A stretch of DNA of 64,000 bases, taken from assembly GCA_963778755.1 (NCBI GenBank), contig CAVZVJ010000002.1, positions 19,463-83,462 of the forward strand, in the 5' to 3' direction. Below, one piece after another: positions 1 through 10,610 of the stretch. The DNA comes from an uncultured Acidobacteriota bacterium (lineage in GTDB: Bacteria; Actinomycetota; Acidimicrobiia; Spongiisociales; ZC4RG35). The notes under the pieces were generated by a model. The model saw nothing but the letters and a program-made list of their open reading frames with translations, was not told the DNA's origin and searched no databases. Made by a program: the position numbers and the translations under genes. Position 1 is the first letter of the stretch. Every line of letters starts with the position of its first letter.

Positions 1-718
1 TCCAGGAGACGCCGATGCTGCTGATCCCAGAGCCGTTGGAACAGGAACCACCATCAAAGGTGGAGTTGACCACATAGACGGGGAGGTTCTGATACTGGCT
101 GAAGACCCGCAAACCGGCACCGCCTACATCGGGCCCGGACGGGTCGCACCGGTTCCCGACGAAGTGGCTGTTGACCACCTTGAACCTTCCGCCCCGAACG
201 AAGATCGCACCGCCTCCGCCGCCCCCTTCGAGACCGATGGTGGCTCCGGTGGAATTGCCGCCAGTGAACGTGAGGTTCTGCACCGTTAGTCGCGGGTGGT
301 CTTGGTTCTGGCAGTGCGAAGTGGTCCACACCTGTGCCTGGTCGCAGGTATTCATATACAAGATGCGACGAACTCCTCCACCGCTCAGAGTTACCCGACC
401 ACCGCCGTCGATGACGATCTCGGGACCGGTGTTGTTGACGATCTTCGCCGTCTGCGCCATCTGGATCGTCACCGGGTTGGGCCCGCAGTTGAAGGTGATT
501 ATCCCGCCGAGGGCTACAGCGGAAACCACAGCCGCCGAGGTGCAACTCTGCGGAGTGCCGTTGCCGATGACGTGGTCGGGACTGGAGGTGTTGACCGGGC
601 CTGCCTCTGGAGGCACCGGATAGCTGCCGGGCGTAGCCGCAGCACTTCCGGCCCCGAGCATCAACACAGCCGCGACGGTCGCCAATAAAAGGGCGCGCCG
701 ACTCCACACCTCGATCAC
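1..718 (-). CDS. Secreted right-handed parallel beta-helix repeat protein (N-terminal part; gene continues past the left edge)
   Basis: Absent from the ORF track because there is no stop in the window. My minus-strand translation from GTG 718 (or GTG 709) reads VWSRRALLLATVAAVLMLGAGSAAATPGSYP (signal-peptide-like). It continues with Gly/Asn-rich turns, e.g. LTFTGGNSTGATIGLEGGGGGGAIFVRGGRFKVVNSHFVGN, and stays open to position 2. The listed ORF 54..890 is the Arg-rich wrong frame of this gene. Confidence 0.6.
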   Translation of the reverse strand, partial: MIEVWSRRALLLATVAAVLMLGAGSAAATPGSYPVPPEAGPVNTSSPDHVIGNGTPQSCTSAAVVSAVALGGIITFNCGPNPVTIQMAQTAKIVNNTGPEIVIDGGGRVTLSGGGVRRILYMNTCDQAQVWTTSHCQNQDHPRLTVQNLTFTGGNSTGATIGLEGGGGGGAIFVRGGRFKVVNSHFVGNRCDPSGPDVGGAGLRVFSQYQNLPVYVVNSTFDGGSCSNGSGISSIGVSW

Positions 719-825
719 AGTCAGGTATATCGACCACTCTCCGTGGTCCTTGAGATGACAGCGAACGTCCGAGGCCCTTCGATGGAACTGTGTGTCTCTG
801 AAACTGGCGATTGGTACGCTTTCCC

Positions 826-1215
826 ATGACCGTCAACAGCTTCGAGACGGCTACCGCCATCATCATGTTGGACGGTGAGATCCTCATCATTCGCTCGACC
901 GGGGTTCACAGCACGCCGGAGTCGGTGAACGAGACTCTCGTGGCAGTGAAGGTCCTCCTCGGAGGCATTCGGCGTCCTCTCCTCTTCGATGCGAGGAAGT
1001 GGCCCGGCGGGGATCCTGAGGCGTGGGTGACCTTTATCTCGTCAGCGGAACAGATGTTTTCCGCGGGGGCGATGCTCTTCGACACCCTGGCGCCACCCGT
1101 CGTCGGTCGATTCCCCGAATTCATCGATCGTTTCGTGATCCCGTTCCGCACCTTCACGGACGAGTCCGAGGCGATCGATTTTCTCTTGGCGCGAGGGTCC
1201 GAAGAGGAAGAGTGA
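826..1215 (+). CDS. Small hypothetical protein, possibly STAS/SpoIIAA-like fold
   Basis: ORF 811..1215 has natural amino-acid composition. An internal ATG at 826 (MTVNSFETATAIIMLDGEILIIRSTG) is the more likely start. The family assignment comes from recall only. Confidence 0.45.
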   Translation: MTVNSFETATAIIMLDGEILIIRSTGVHSTPESVNETLVAVKVLLGGIRRPLLFDARKWPGGDPEAWVTFISSAEQMFSAGAMLFDTLAPPVVGRFPEFIDRFVIPFRTFTDESEAIDFLLARGSEEEE

Positions 1216-1230
1216 CGAGCGGGTGGAGTG

Positions 1231-2253
1231 TTAGCCGCGGCGGCCGGTCCGGGTGCGGGCGACCACATTCTCGTTCGGTATCGAAGCCTCGAGAAGATGC
1301 TGAATCTCTTCGATGTCCGGCCGATCGCCACCTTCGAATTGGTCGACCGCCTCACGGATCGCCGCGACGTGGTCCGCTGTCGAGCCACAACAGGCGCCGA
1401 TGATTCTCGCCCCGGAGCGCAAGGCTAGGTCCACATAGACCGACATCTCATCGGGCCCGATCGGGTAGGTGAGGCCCTCGGTCTGGTAAAGGGGAATACC
1501 GCAGTTGGCCTTCGTGATGGTCACCGTCTGCGGAGCGATGCCCCCGATCGCATGGGCCGCCGCAACCGCATCGCCCGGGCCAATCCCGCAATTGGCCCCG
1601 AGTGCTGCCACTCCCTGATTCTGGAGCCACCATTCGGCGAAAGCCCGGGGGTGAATCCCCATCATGGTGTGACCGGCAGTGTCAAAGCTCAGGGTGGCGG
1701 TGTAGGGCAGTCCCGTGGTCGCCGCGGCCTCGACCGCGGCATTTAATTCCTCATACGAGGAGATGGTCTCGATCCAGATGACGTCGGCTCCGGCCTCGGC
1801 GAGAGCTTCGCACTGCTCTGTGAACACCTCGACACCTCTCTGGTGGGAGAGAGTGCCCAGGGGTTCAAAAAGCTCACCGGTCGGCCCGACACTGCCGGCA
1901 ATAGCCACCTTCCGGTCGGCGAGGGCCACGGCCCTCTTCGCCACTTCGACCGCAGCTCGGTTCAACTCCGCAACGCGGTCACCCAGACGATGGAGATCGA
2001 GACGGAGGCGGTTTCCTCCGAAGGTGTTGGTGAGGATGATGTCCGAGCCGGCTTCGATGAAACTGCGATGCACCTTCTCGACGAGATCGGCCTGTTCGAC
2101 GTTGAGCAACTCAGGGCAGCCGCCGCCTTTCAGCCCCAGGGTGAAGAGCGTGGTGCCCATCGCCCCGTCTGCAACCAAATATGGGCGCGAGGCAAGCAAA
2201 TCAATGAATGTGTTCGAGGAGCCCTCGTTTGGTCCGGCCATCTTCATCTCCAT
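1231..2253 (-). CDS. Homocysteine S-methyltransferase family protein, likely betaine-homocysteine methyltransferase
   Basis: 340-aa ORF with LVADGAMGTTL, ILTNTFGGN and a C-terminal GACCGST zinc/homocysteine-binding motif. The glycine betaine context suggests BHMT. Confidence 0.75.
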   Translation of the reverse strand: MEMKMAGPNEGSSNTFIDLLASRPYLVADGAMGTTLFTLGLKGGGCPELLNVEQADLVEKVHRSFIEAGSDIILTNTFGGNRLRLDLHRLGDRVAELNRAAVEVAKRAVALADRKVAIAGSVGPTGELFEPLGTLSHQRGVEVFTEQCEALAEAGADVIWIETISSYEELNAAVEAAATTGLPYTATLSFDTAGHTMMGIHPRAFAEWWLQNQGVAALGANCGIGPGDAVAAAHAIGGIAPQTVTITKANCGIPLYQTEGLTYPIGPDEMSVYVDLALRSGARIIGACCGSTADHVAAIREAVDQFEGGDRPDIEEIQHLLEASIPNENVVARTRTGRRG

Positions 2254-2402
2254 TCTGAAGGCGGCCCTACAAAGAGAAACCGCCGCAGCGAGTGCCGGGC
2301 GGTTCTTCGTCCCGACGCTTTAGCCGCATTTCTTGAGCGCCCGCAAGCTGTGGATCAAATCGGCGCTGATAGAAAGGATACGCGGTTCCCGTTGCTGAGA
2401 CA

Positions 2403-2431
2403 AGAAAGGGCGGCCCAGGGCCGCCCTTTCT
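2403..2431 (-). terminator. Hairpin downstream of the substrate-binding protein gene (candidate intrinsic terminator)
   Basis: Perfect palindrome AGAAAGGGCGGCCC-A-GGGCCGCCCTTTCT lies 19 nt after the stop at 2450. On the minus strand it is followed by TGTCTC, so the U tract is weak. Confidence 0.45.
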
Positions 2432-2449
2432 AGCTATTGGTCGGTCAGG

Positions 2450-3424
2450 TCAGGAAAGCCAGGTGGACCAAACATCCTCGTGGTCGGCGATCCATTGGGC
2501 GGCGACGACTGAGGCGTCCTCACCATCGATTTCCACTGCCGGCAGCATCGAGAGCTGGTCCTCGTTGGTCAACGTGAACTTCTCCAAGAAGGCCAGAACC
2601 TCAGGGGCCTTGTCGGCAAGTTTCGCCGACGCCAACTTCTGAAGGACGTCCGGCGGGTAGGCACAGTCGACATCCGCAACGTCCCCGGCGTAGCACTCGT
2701 CGGTGTACTCGGGCAGCTCGACCTGGACCAGGTCGTACTTGGCCACCGCAGCAGTTGGTGTCCACCAGTACATCAGAATCGGCTCGTGGGCCGCAAACCT
2801 CGTGTCCAGCTCGGCAACCGTGGAGGCCTCAGAGCCGGAGAACACGACCTTGAAGGGCAACCCCAGGTTGGCGACGATCGGCTCGTCATACTGGGAGTAG
2901 GAGGGGTCGGTGGCCAGGAAGCGGCCCAGGTCTCCGGTTTCCGCCGTCGCGAACAATGCGGCGTTGGCCGGGTCCTTGTATCCCTCCCATGTAGCCAGGT
3001 CGGGGTGCTCTTCGACCACATAGCTGGGCACGAACCACCCAATCTGCCCGATCGCTCCTAGTTCGCCGATATTGACGACCGAGCCGTCGTCGAGGAACGC
3101 CTGCTCGGTGTCGTCGACGCCCGAGGGCCATAGTTCGAGCGCGGCATCGAGTGACCCGTCGGAGAGCCCGGTGAACATTGTGTTCTCGTCGATGGCGACG
3201 ATCTCTACCGGATTCCCGATTTCGGACTCGATCAACTGCTTGGCGATCTCGGCATTGATCGCCGATGCAGTCCAGGCGTTGGCCACCAGGTTGATTGTCT
3301 CGCCGTCTCCAGAGGCGGCGGTGCCCTCTGAGCCGGCAGTGGTGGTGCCCGACCCACCGCTATCGCCGCAGGACACAACAAGCATGGCTACGGCTACCAA
3401 TGAGATCCAGATTCGGTGTTTCAT
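2450..3424 (-). CDS. opuAC: Glycine betaine/proline betaine ABC transporter substrate-binding lipoprotein (OpuAC/ProX type)
   Basis: The ORF runs 2450..3625. The likely start is ATG 3424 (MKHRIWISLVAVAMLVVSCGDSGG, a lipobox). The remainder looks like an OpuAC-type binding protein. Confidence 0.85.
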   Translation of the reverse strand: MKHRIWISLVAVAMLVVSCGDSGGSGTTTAGSEGTAASGDGETINLVANAWTASAINAEIAKQLIESEIGNPVEIVAIDENTMFTGLSDGSLDAALELWPSGVDDTEQAFLDDGSVVNIGELGAIGQIGWFVPSYVVEEHPDLATWEGYKDPANAALFATAETGDLGRFLATDPSYSQYDEPIVANLGLPFKVVFSGSEASTVAELDTRFAAHEPILMYWWTPTAAVAKYDLVQVELPEYTDECYAGDVADVDCAYPPDVLQKLASAKLADKAPEVLAFLEKFTLTNEDQLSMLPAVEIDGEDASVVAAQWIADHEDVWSTWLS

Positions 3425-3507
3425 CGTTCTCCTAGGGCCCCTCAGCCGACAGTCGCGGCCAGAAAGGGCCTTTGTTACATTACCGACGTGGTTGGTTGGT
3501 ACGCGCC

Positions 3508-4531
3508 GTGACTGAAGATGTCTGCCTTTCAGTCGAGCAGGTGTGGAAGGTGTTCGGCGCTCATCCCGAAAAGGCGATCGATCTAGCCGAAAGCGGGGCG
3601 AGTCGGGCTGAAGTCGTGGACGCAACCGGTTGCACTCTCGGAGTTCGTGACGTCTCGTTCACGGTGGGCCGGGGGGAGACGTTTCGTCGTCATGGGGCTC
3701 TCCGGATCCGGTAAATCGACCTTGATCCGCTGCGTCGCCCGGCTCAACGATGTCACCCGAGGGCGAGTGTTGCTCGACGGCGAAGACCTCACGGCCATGG
3801 ACGCCGACCAGCTGCGCGAGGTCCGGCGACACAAGATGTCGATGGTCTTCCAACATTTCGGCCTGTTTCCCCACCGCCGGGTGATCGACAACGCCGCATA
3901 CGGGTTGGAAATTCAGGGCATCGACAAGGCGGAGCGTTACGAGCGCGCGATGCGGGTTCTCGAAGTCGTGGGACTCAAGGGATGGGAGCAGAGCTTCCCC
4001 CAACAGTTGTCGGGCGGGATGCAGCAACGGGTCGGGCTGGCCCGTGCCCTAGCGGTTGACCCAGAGATCATGTTCTTCGACGAGCCGTTCTCGGCATTGG
4101 ATCCCCTGATCAGACGAGAAATGCAAGACGAGCTGATCCGTCTCCAGGACACCTTGCAGCGGACCATCGTCTTCATCACCCATGACTTCGCAGAGGCGAT
4201 CAAGCTCGGTGACCGCATCGCCATCATGAAAGATGGCGCCTTCGACCAGGTGGGAACCGCGGTCGAGCTAATCACTAACCCGGCGACCGACTACGTGCGT
4301 GAGTTCACCAAAGAGATCCCCAAGGCCAAGGTTCTCACCGCCGCCGCCGTGCTCAGGGAGGGGAGCGGCGACGCGACCTCCCACACGGTGCATCTCGATG
4401 ACACCATCGAGACTGTTCTGCCTGCTTTGCTCGATGAGGAAGGTGAGATCTCGGTGGAGGACCCCGAGGGCCATCAGGTGGGAGTGATCGACCGGCACGC
4501 CGTTGCCCATGCCCTCGAGCCGGAGCAGTGA
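3508..4531 (+). CDS. proV: Glycine betaine ABC transporter ATP-binding protein ProV/OpuAA, interrupted by an apparent 1-nt insertion just before Walker A
   Basis: Frame 1 from GTG 3508 reads [53 protein letters not shown]. Frame 2 (ORF 3647..4531) continues [16 protein letters not shown]...[15 protein letters not shown]...[11 protein letters not shown]. The joined sequence is colinear with E. coli ProV. The shift lies within 3671-3684 (G6 run, then TTT). Confidence 0.85.
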
Positions 4532-6468
4532 CCGACGTCCTCCAGCCTCTGAAGTCCTCCGAGGCGATCGTTGCTGAGGACCGCCCAAGTCGGCTTCGTA
4601 CCCGCTATCTCTGGATCGCGGTTGTCGTGGCAGGGGTGGTGATTCTCCAGGTCCTGGCGCGGTCCAAGACATTTCCCCTGCCTTGGGACACAGTGTTCTC
4701 CGACCCGATCGACCAATTCACCAGGTGGGCGAGGGACAACCGTCACATCAACCCTGTGTTTACCGGGTTCTTCACCCCGATTTCGACCTCGATCGAGTGG
4801 GGCCTGACCACCGTCGAGTCCTTCCTGAAATGGCTTCCCTGGTACGTGCTTCCCATGGCCGTCTTCCTTGCGATCGCCCGAAGTGGGAATTGGAAGACCG
4901 CTTCGGTGGCCACCGTCGCCATGCTTTACCCGGGGCTGGTCGGGCTCTGGGACTCGACAATGGAAACGCTGTCCCTGATGACCATCGCGGTCATCATCAG
5001 TCTTGCCATCGGGATCCCACTCGGGGTCTGGGCCGCGGCCAACAAGAAGGTGGAGCGGTTCATCAGACCGTGGCTTGATGCCATGCAGACCATCCCGGCG
5101 CCGGTCTATTTCATCCCGATCGTCATCTTCTTTGGCATTCGCCGGGTGCCGGCGACCATCGCCACTGTCATCTACGCACTGCCTCCCGCAGTCAGGCTTA
5201 CCACCCTCGGCATCGTCGGTGTGCCCAAGCAGTCGGTGGAAGCCGCCGAGATGTTCGGCTCCACCAAGAGGCAGAGCCTGTTCAAGGTGCAACTGCCCAT
5301 GGCGATGCCCACGATCATGACCGGGATCAACCAAACGATCATGATGGCCTTGGGGATCGTCGTCTTGGCCACACTGCTCGGCGCCGGCGGTTTGGGTCAA
5401 GAAGTGATGGACGGTCTCAACAAGAGGCGGACCGGACGGGGTCTGGCGGCCGGGTTGGCGATCGTGGCGGTGGCCATGGTCCTCGATCGTGTCGGCCGGT
5501 CTTTTGCCTTTGCTGATAGGACCCGTCCCGCGTCTCGGCGCTATGTAGCCGCCGCATTCGGCGCGGTGGCGATCGGGATCGTCGTCGGGCGGATCATGGG
5601 CTGGATCGAGTTCCCCACGGTTTGGGAGGTGAAGGTATTCGACCCAATCGACAGTTTCGTGCTTTGGGGCAGGGACAACCTTTCCTTCATCACCCGCCCG
5701 GTCAACGACTTTGTTGTTGCCGGCCTCCTGATCCCGGTCCGTGACTTCCTCGTGGTGACCGTGGCTTGGCCGGTTCTCATATTCCTCACCGCGGTTCTGT
5801 GTTGGAGGATGAAGGGCTGGGGTTTGGCGATATTTGGAATCCTGTCGCTCCTCGCGGTCGGGTTCATCGGGATGTGGGAGCTGTCATTGGGAACCCTCAC
5901 CCAGGTGCTCGCCGGGGTGATCATCTCGATCGCCATCGCGATCCCGGTCGGGGTATGGGCGGGGCGAAATCCAAGAGTGGAAGCATTCCTGACGCCGATC
6001 CTCGATGCCCTGCAGACCATCCCCTCGTTCGTGTTCATCATCCCGGTGATCCTCTTCTTCACAGTGGGCCAGGTCCCCGGGATCATTGCGGCTGTGCTCT
6101 ACGCCATCGTCCCCGGGATCAGGATCACTGCGTTGGGGATCCGGCAGGTGCCTGAGGAGAGCATCGAGGCGTCGCAGACCTTCGGCGCCACTCCAAGGCA
6201 AACGATGTATGGGGTGAGGATCCCGCTCGCGGCACCGACGATCATGGCCGCGGTCAACCAGGTGATCATGATGGTGCTGGCAATGGTCATCATTGCCGGC
6301 CTGGTTGGGGGAGGAGCCCTCGGGTTTGAGACGGTGAGGGCAGTGACCAGAGGCCTGACCGGGCTCGGGTTCGAGGTCGGTTTCGCCATCGTGGTGATGG
6401 CAATAATCCTCGACAGGCTCACCCAGGCGTGGGCCGCCAAGCTGCAGCCTCCGACTCCGTCGAGCTGA
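4528..6468 (+). CDS. Glycine betaine ABC transporter permease with two tandem ProW/OpuAB-like transmembrane domains
   Basis: 646-aa ORF with an internal duplication. Compare [45 protein letters not shown] with [45 protein letters not shown]. Its start overlaps the proV stop. Confidence 0.85.
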   Translation: MTDVLQPLKSSEAIVAEDRPSRLRTRYLWIAVVVAGVVILQVLARSKTFPLPWDTVFSDPIDQFTRWARDNRHINPVFTGFFTPISTSIEWGLTTVESFLKWLPWYVLPMAVFLAIARSGNWKTASVATVAMLYPGLVGLWDSTMETLSLMTIAVIISLAIGIPLGVWAAANKKVERFIRPWLDAMQTIPAPVYFIPIVIFFGIRRVPATIATVIYALPPAVRLTTLGIVGVPKQSVEAAEMFGSTKRQSLFKVQLPMAMPTIMTGINQTIMMALGIVVLATLLGAGGLGQEVMDGLNKRRTGRGLAAGLAIVAVAMVLDRVGRSFAFADRTRPASRRYVAAAFGAVAIGIVVGRIMGWIEFPTVWEVKVFDPIDSFVLWGRDNLSFITRPVNDFVVAGLLIPVRDFLVVTVAWPVLIFLTAVLCWRMKGWGLAIFGILSLLAVGFIGMWELSLGTLTQVLAGVIISIAIAIPVGVWAGRNPRVEAFLTPILDALQTIPSFVFIIPVILFFTVGQVPGIIAAVLYAIVPGIRITALGIRQVPEESIEASQTFGATPRQTMYGVRIPLAAPTIMAAVNQVIMMVLAMVIIAGLVGGGALGFETVRAVTRGLTGLGFEVGFAIVVMAIILDRLTQAWAAKLQPPTPSS

Positions 6469-6492
6469 TTGTCGTCTACTACCGTCCCGCCG

Positions 6493-7953
6493 ATGAGCCT
6501 CGACGTCCAACAGCTCTACATCGGCGGCTCCCGGGTGGACGCCACTTCGGGCGAGATGTTTCCCACCATCAACCCGGCTACCGGTCAGGAAATCTGCCAG
6601 GTCCAACACGCCGGGCCTGCTGATGTCGATCGGGCCGTCACTTCGGCCCGTGAAGGATTCCTGATCTGGCGCGAGATGAATGGTGCGGCTCGCGGAAGGA
6701 TCCTCAACAAGGCAGCCTGTCTGCTCCGGCAATACAACGAGGATCTGGCGCGTCTCGAGGTGTTGGACACCGGGAAACCGATCCAGGAGGCAATCGCGGT
6801 CGACGTGCTCTCTGGAGCCGACGCCGTCGAGTACTACGCCGGAATAGCCGCCAGCATTCATGGCGAGACCTATGACCTGGGGAGCGCTTGGGCCTACACC
6901 CGTCGCGAGCCGCTCGGGGTCTGTGCCGGGATCGGGGCCTGGAATTACCCGATCCAGATCGCCTGCTGGAAGTCGGCGCCCGCCTTGGCCTGCGGCAACT
7001 CGATGGTCTTCAAACCGGCCGAGTTGACGCCCCTCACCGCCCTTCGGCTCGCCGAGATCTTTACCGAAGCCGGGCTTCCCGATGGCGTGTTCAACGTGGT
7101 CCAGGGCGATCACCGGACCGGGGAGGCCCTGGTGGCTCATCCGGGCGTGGCCAAAGTCTCGCTGACGGGCGAGGTCGGGACCGGCAAGATTGTGATGGCC
7201 AATGCCGCCGCGACCCTCAAGCATGTGACCCTCGAGCTCGGGGGCAAGAGCCCTCTGATCATTTTCGACGACGCCGACCTGGACAACGCGGTGTCTGCGG
7301 CGCTGATGGCCAACTTCTACACCCAGGGGGAGATCTGCTCCAACGGCACCCGCGTCTACGTCCACGAGGAGATCCACGACGAGTTTCTCGACCGGCTGAT
7401 TACTCGCACCTCGAAGATGAAGATCGGCGATCCGATGGACCCCGACACCCACGTCGGGGCACTGATCTCCAAAGAGCACATGGCCAAAGTCCTCTTCTAT
7501 ATCGAGGCCGGAAAGTCGGCCGGTGCCCGGCTGGTGATTGGTGGCGGCCGCCCCACCGATCCATCGCTGGCAGATGGGTATTTCGTCGAGCCGACGGTGT
7601 TCGATGCTTGCACTGATGACATGTCGATCGTGCAGGATGAGATCTTCGGGCCGGTGATGGCGGTGCTCAGCTTCCGGGACGAGGACGACGTCATCGCGCG
7701 GGCCAACGACACGCCTTATGGATTGGCAGCTGGGGTCTTTACCAAAGACGTGCAGCGCGCTCACCGGGTGGTCGCCCGGCTCGAGGCGGGCACGACCTGG
7801 ATCAACAACTACAACATCACCCCGATCGAGATGCCCTTTGGCGGCTACAAGCAGTCAGGGATCGGGCGGGAGAACAGCCTCGTCACCATCAACCACTACA
7901 CCCAGGTGAAGAGCGTGTACGTGGAGATGGGCGATGTCGAGGCGCCTTACTGA
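6493..7953 (+). CDS. betB: Betaine aldehyde dehydrogenase
   Basis: The ORF runs 6469..7953, with a likely ATG at 6493 ([12 protein letters not shown]). It is colinear with E. coli BetB: [50 protein letters not shown]. Confidence 0.85.
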   Translation: MSLDVQQLYIGGSRVDATSGEMFPTINPATGQEICQVQHAGPADVDRAVTSAREGFLIWREMNGAARGRILNKAACLLRQYNEDLARLEVLDTGKPIQEAIAVDVLSGADAVEYYAGIAASIHGETYDLGSAWAYTRREPLGVCAGIGAWNYPIQIACWKSAPALACGNSMVFKPAELTPLTALRLAEIFTEAGLPDGVFNVVQGDHRTGEALVAHPGVAKVSLTGEVGTGKIVMANAAATLKHVTLELGGKSPLIIFDDADLDNAVSAALMANFYTQGEICSNGTRVYVHEEIHDEFLDRLITRTSKMKIGDPMDPDTHVGALISKEHMAKVLFYIEAGKSAGARLVIGGGRPTDPSLADGYFVEPTVFDACTDDMSIVQDEIFGPVMAVLSFRDEDDVIARANDTPYGLAAGVFTKDVQRAHRVVARLEAGTTWINNYNITPIEMPFGGYKQSGIGRENSLVTINHYTQVKSVYVEMGDVEAPY

Positions 7954-7978
7954 TCATTCCAAGCGAGAGGTGAAACAA

Positions 7979-8809
7979 ATGGCTGATGGCTTCCTGGCGG
8001 GCAAGACCGCCATGGTGACCGGCGGGGCATCCGGGATGGGGCTGGCAATGGCGCAGGCCTTCGCCTCCGAAGGCGCCAATGTCAGCATCGGCTCGCTGCT
8101 TGCGGGTGGATCCAAGGCGGAGGGGGAAGTGGTCCATATGCCAGGTCAGGAGCAGATGGACCACGCCATCTCGATCATCGAGGCGGAAGGGGTGGAGTCA
8201 CTGGGCGTGAACCTCGACGTGACCTCCGACGACTCGGTCGAGGCGTTCTATCAGGCGACCGTCGACCGCTTCGGCCAGGTGGACATACTGGCCAACGCCG
8301 CTGGCATCACTGCCGAGCAGACCATCGTCGGGCACTCCGACTCACTTTGGGCCAAGGTGATCGATGTCAATCTCACCGGCACCTACCGGGCCATCAAGCG
8401 AGCCCTGCCCGGGATGATCGAGCGCAAGTGGGGCCGGATCATCAACATCGCCTCGACTGCTGCCTCAGTGGGCGCAGTCACCTCAGGCGCCTATTGCGCC
8501 TCTAAGGCCGGAGTGGTCGGGCTCACCAGATGCGTGGCCTTGGAGGGGGCTCCCCACGGCGTCACCTGTAACGCGATCAGCCCGACCTGGGTGGACACCT
8601 CATTCGGACGGGAGTGGATGTCCGACATCGCCGAGAAGCAGGAGCACCGATCCGGCGCCGAGTACATCGCCGACGTAGAGAAGACCAACCCTCAGGGTCG
8701 TCTCATCTCACCCATCGAGATCGGGGCGTTGGCCCTGTTCCTGTGCAGTGCCGGGGCCAACGGGATCACCATGGAGGACCTGCGGGTCTCGGCCGGCTCG
8801 CTGTGGTGA
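7979..8809 (+). CDS. Short-chain dehydrogenase/reductase (SDR) family oxidoreductase
   Basis: ATG 7979 follows GAGAGG. Motifs are TAMVTGGASGMG (TGxxxGxG) and YCASKAG (YxxxK). Confidence 0.8.
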   Translation: MADGFLAGKTAMVTGGASGMGLAMAQAFASEGANVSIGSLLAGGSKAEGEVVHMPGQEQMDHAISIIEAEGVESLGVNLDVTSDDSVEAFYQATVDRFGQVDILANAAGITAEQTIVGHSDSLWAKVIDVNLTGTYRAIKRALPGMIERKWGRIINIASTAASVGAVTSGAYCASKAGVVGLTRCVALEGAPHGVTCNAISPTWVDTSFGREWMSDIAEKQEHRSGAEYIADVEKTNPQGRLISPIEIGALALFLCSAGANGITMEDLRVSAGSLW

Positions 8810-8821
8810 TACCCCCTCGCC

Positions 8822-8878
8822 CAGTGAACGAAGTGAGCATTTCTCCCCCCAGTGAACGGAGTGAGCGTTGGGGGGAGA
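8822..8878. repeat. Intergenic direct repeat plus C6/G6 hairpin between convergent genes (possible bidirectional terminator)
   Basis: CAGTGAACGAAGTGAGC (8822-8838) and CAGTGAACGGAGTGAGC (8850-8866) match at 16 of 17 positions. TCTCCCCCC (8842-8850) pairs with GGGGGGAGA (8870-8878). A second small hairpin, CCGGC-GAA-GCCGG, follows. Confidence 0.5.
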
Positions 8879-8912
8879 GCCGGCGAAGCCGGGAGGGGGG
8901 CAACCCCAGCGC

Positions 8913-9849
8913 CTACAACCCTTTGCGCCTCTTGACCTCGGCCACCACGGCCTCCAGCACCGGGTGGAGGTCGCCGATCACCGCGTAGTTGGCCTTGGTC
9001 ACCATCGGTGCCTCCGGGTCGTTGTTGATCGCCAAAACGTTCTTGGACGCCATCATTCCCACCCAGTGCTGGATCGCCCCCGAGATGCCGCAGGCCACGT
9101 AGAGGTTGGGGGCCACTCTGGTTCCGGTCTGGCCCACCTGATCCGAATGGGGACGCCAGCCATTGTTGGTGACTACCCGTGAACACCCAACGGCTCCCCC
9201 GAGAAGCCCGGCCAGTTCTTCGAGAACGGCGAACCCTTCGGGTGACCCCACTCCACGACCTCCACTGACCACTACCGGTGCGGTGGTGAGGGTGATCCCC
9301 GCGGCGACCGTGACCCGCTCCACCACGCGGGTCCGCGCCAGGTGCTCGGAGAGTTGTGGTGTAAATGTCTCCGGTTCGACGGGGTCTCCCGCTGGGGCGG
9401 CGGTTATCACGTGTAGCGCCACAGTTGCCAGCTTGATCGACCCGGATAGCTCGGCTTCCTCGAGAAGGCTTCCTCCCCAACGGGTGCGGGTCAGCTCCCA
9501 GCTCTTCTCAGTTGCATGTACTTCGGTGACATTGGTGGCCAGGGGGAGGTCCGAGAGCGCGGCCACGTGGGCCAAGACTTCGTTGCCACGTTCGGTCCCT
9601 GCGGCAACAAGCGCATCCGGCGACTCCGCTCGGAGCAGTTGGGCCAGGGCCTCTCCGATTGCCTCCGGGGCATAGTCGGAGAGGATGGGGTGATCGACCT
9701 TTAGATGACGGGCCACCCCCCCGATCTCGCAGGGGCCAACACTCACCGAGCTGACCTCACCCAGCGAGCGCGGCCAGGGCCAATGCTTGCAGTGAGGTCT
9801 CGAGTGGCACGCCCGCTTCGTGCTCCACAAAGACGAAGACCCGGCTCAC
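8913..9849 (-). CDS. etfA: Electron transfer flavoprotein subunit alpha, apparent frameshift near the N-terminus
   Basis: GTG 9849 overlaps the etfB stop (ATGTGA) and reads VSRVFVFVEHEAGVPLETSLQALALAA, then hits a stop. ORF 8913..9830 continues RSLGEVSSVSVGPCEIGG...ACGISGAIQHWVGMMASKNVLAINNDPEAP. The shift lies within 9761-9774. Confidence 0.85.
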
Positions 9850-10610
9850 ATCAGCCCCAGGCTCTCGAAGAGGTCGACAACGGCCGGCGCCGCTTCCGGC
9901 CCCTGGCCGAGGATGTTGGTTGCGCTGGCGACTTCGGTAGGCGTGACCAACCGCAACATCTTCAAACCGCCTGGCGCCATGTCAGCCTCGCTGACCGCGA
10001 CCTCGGCCTTCTTGGCCTGGAGTCGGCCGGGAAGGGTCGGGTAACGAGGCAGGTTGATCCCTTCCTTGACGGCGACCACCGCCGGAAGTGACAGCCGGTA
10101 GACCTCGGAGCCTGCATCGGTCTCTCGTCTGGCGACCAAAGTGTCGCCCTCGACGTCGATCTCCTTGATCCCGCTGACCACCGGCCGCTCCAGGGCGTGG
10201 GCCACCCGGATCCCGACCTGATATCCAGCGGAGTCGGCCGACTCGTTGCCAAAGAGGACGAGGTCGAAACGGCCGCCGGTTTCTTCAAGCTCCGCCGTGC
10301 GCTTGGCCAACATGTGTGCCGTTGCCTGAGGGTCCCAATCGGATCCGTCGGTTGCCACGAGAGCCGCCTCATCGGCTCCGACGGAGATGGCGTATCGCAA
10401 CTGCTCTTCGGCTTCGACCGGGCCCATGGTCATCACAGTGACACTGCCCCCGTGCTGTTCCTTGATCCGGATCGCTTCTTCCACGGCGCATTCCTCATGC
10501 GGGCTCACCGTGAATGGCAGATGACGGGCATCAACGGCTTGCTGGTCATCGGTGAGGACGATGCGGGCGCCGGGGGCCGGCACCCGCTTCACACAGACGA
10601 GGACTCTCAA
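9846..10610 (-). CDS. etfB: Electron transfer flavoprotein subunit beta
   Basis: Intact 254-aa ORF reading (M)RVLVCVKRVPAPGARIV... The TTG start forms a TTGA overlap with the upstream dehydrogenase stop. Confidence 0.9.
   Translation of the reverse strand: MRVLVCVKRVPAPGARIVLTDDQQAVDARHLPFTVSPHEECAVEEAIRIKEQHGGSVTVMTMGPVEAEEQLRYAISVGADEAALVATDGSDWDPQATAHMLAKRTAELEETGGRFDLVLFGNESADSAGYQVGIRVAHALERPVVSGIKEIDVEGDTLVARRETDAGSEVYRLSLPAVVAVKEGINLPRYPTLPGRLQAKKAEVAVSEADMAPGGLKMLRLVTPTEVASATNILGQGPEAAPAVVDLFESLGLM

Noticed and set aside
54-890. A 278-aa minus-strand ORF at the left edge.
   Set aside because: It is the wrong frame of the beta-helix protein gene. The adjacent frame gives a signal peptide and beta-helix repeats and stays open to the window edge.
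3671-3684. Programmed ribosomal frameshifting as an explanation for the split genes.
   Set aside because: No slippery heptamers or downstream structures are present at the sites I inspected. The number and spread of events (about forty) argues for error or decay rather than recoding.
5884-7764. A 626-aa minus-strand ORF.
   Set aside because: It is antisense to the permease and betB, both of which have strong homology-type evidence. Its composition is Arg/His/Asp-rich with no recognisable motif.
8822-8866. The direct repeat as a CRISPR-like array.
   Set aside because: There are only two imperfect 17-nt copies, no further units and no cas genes.
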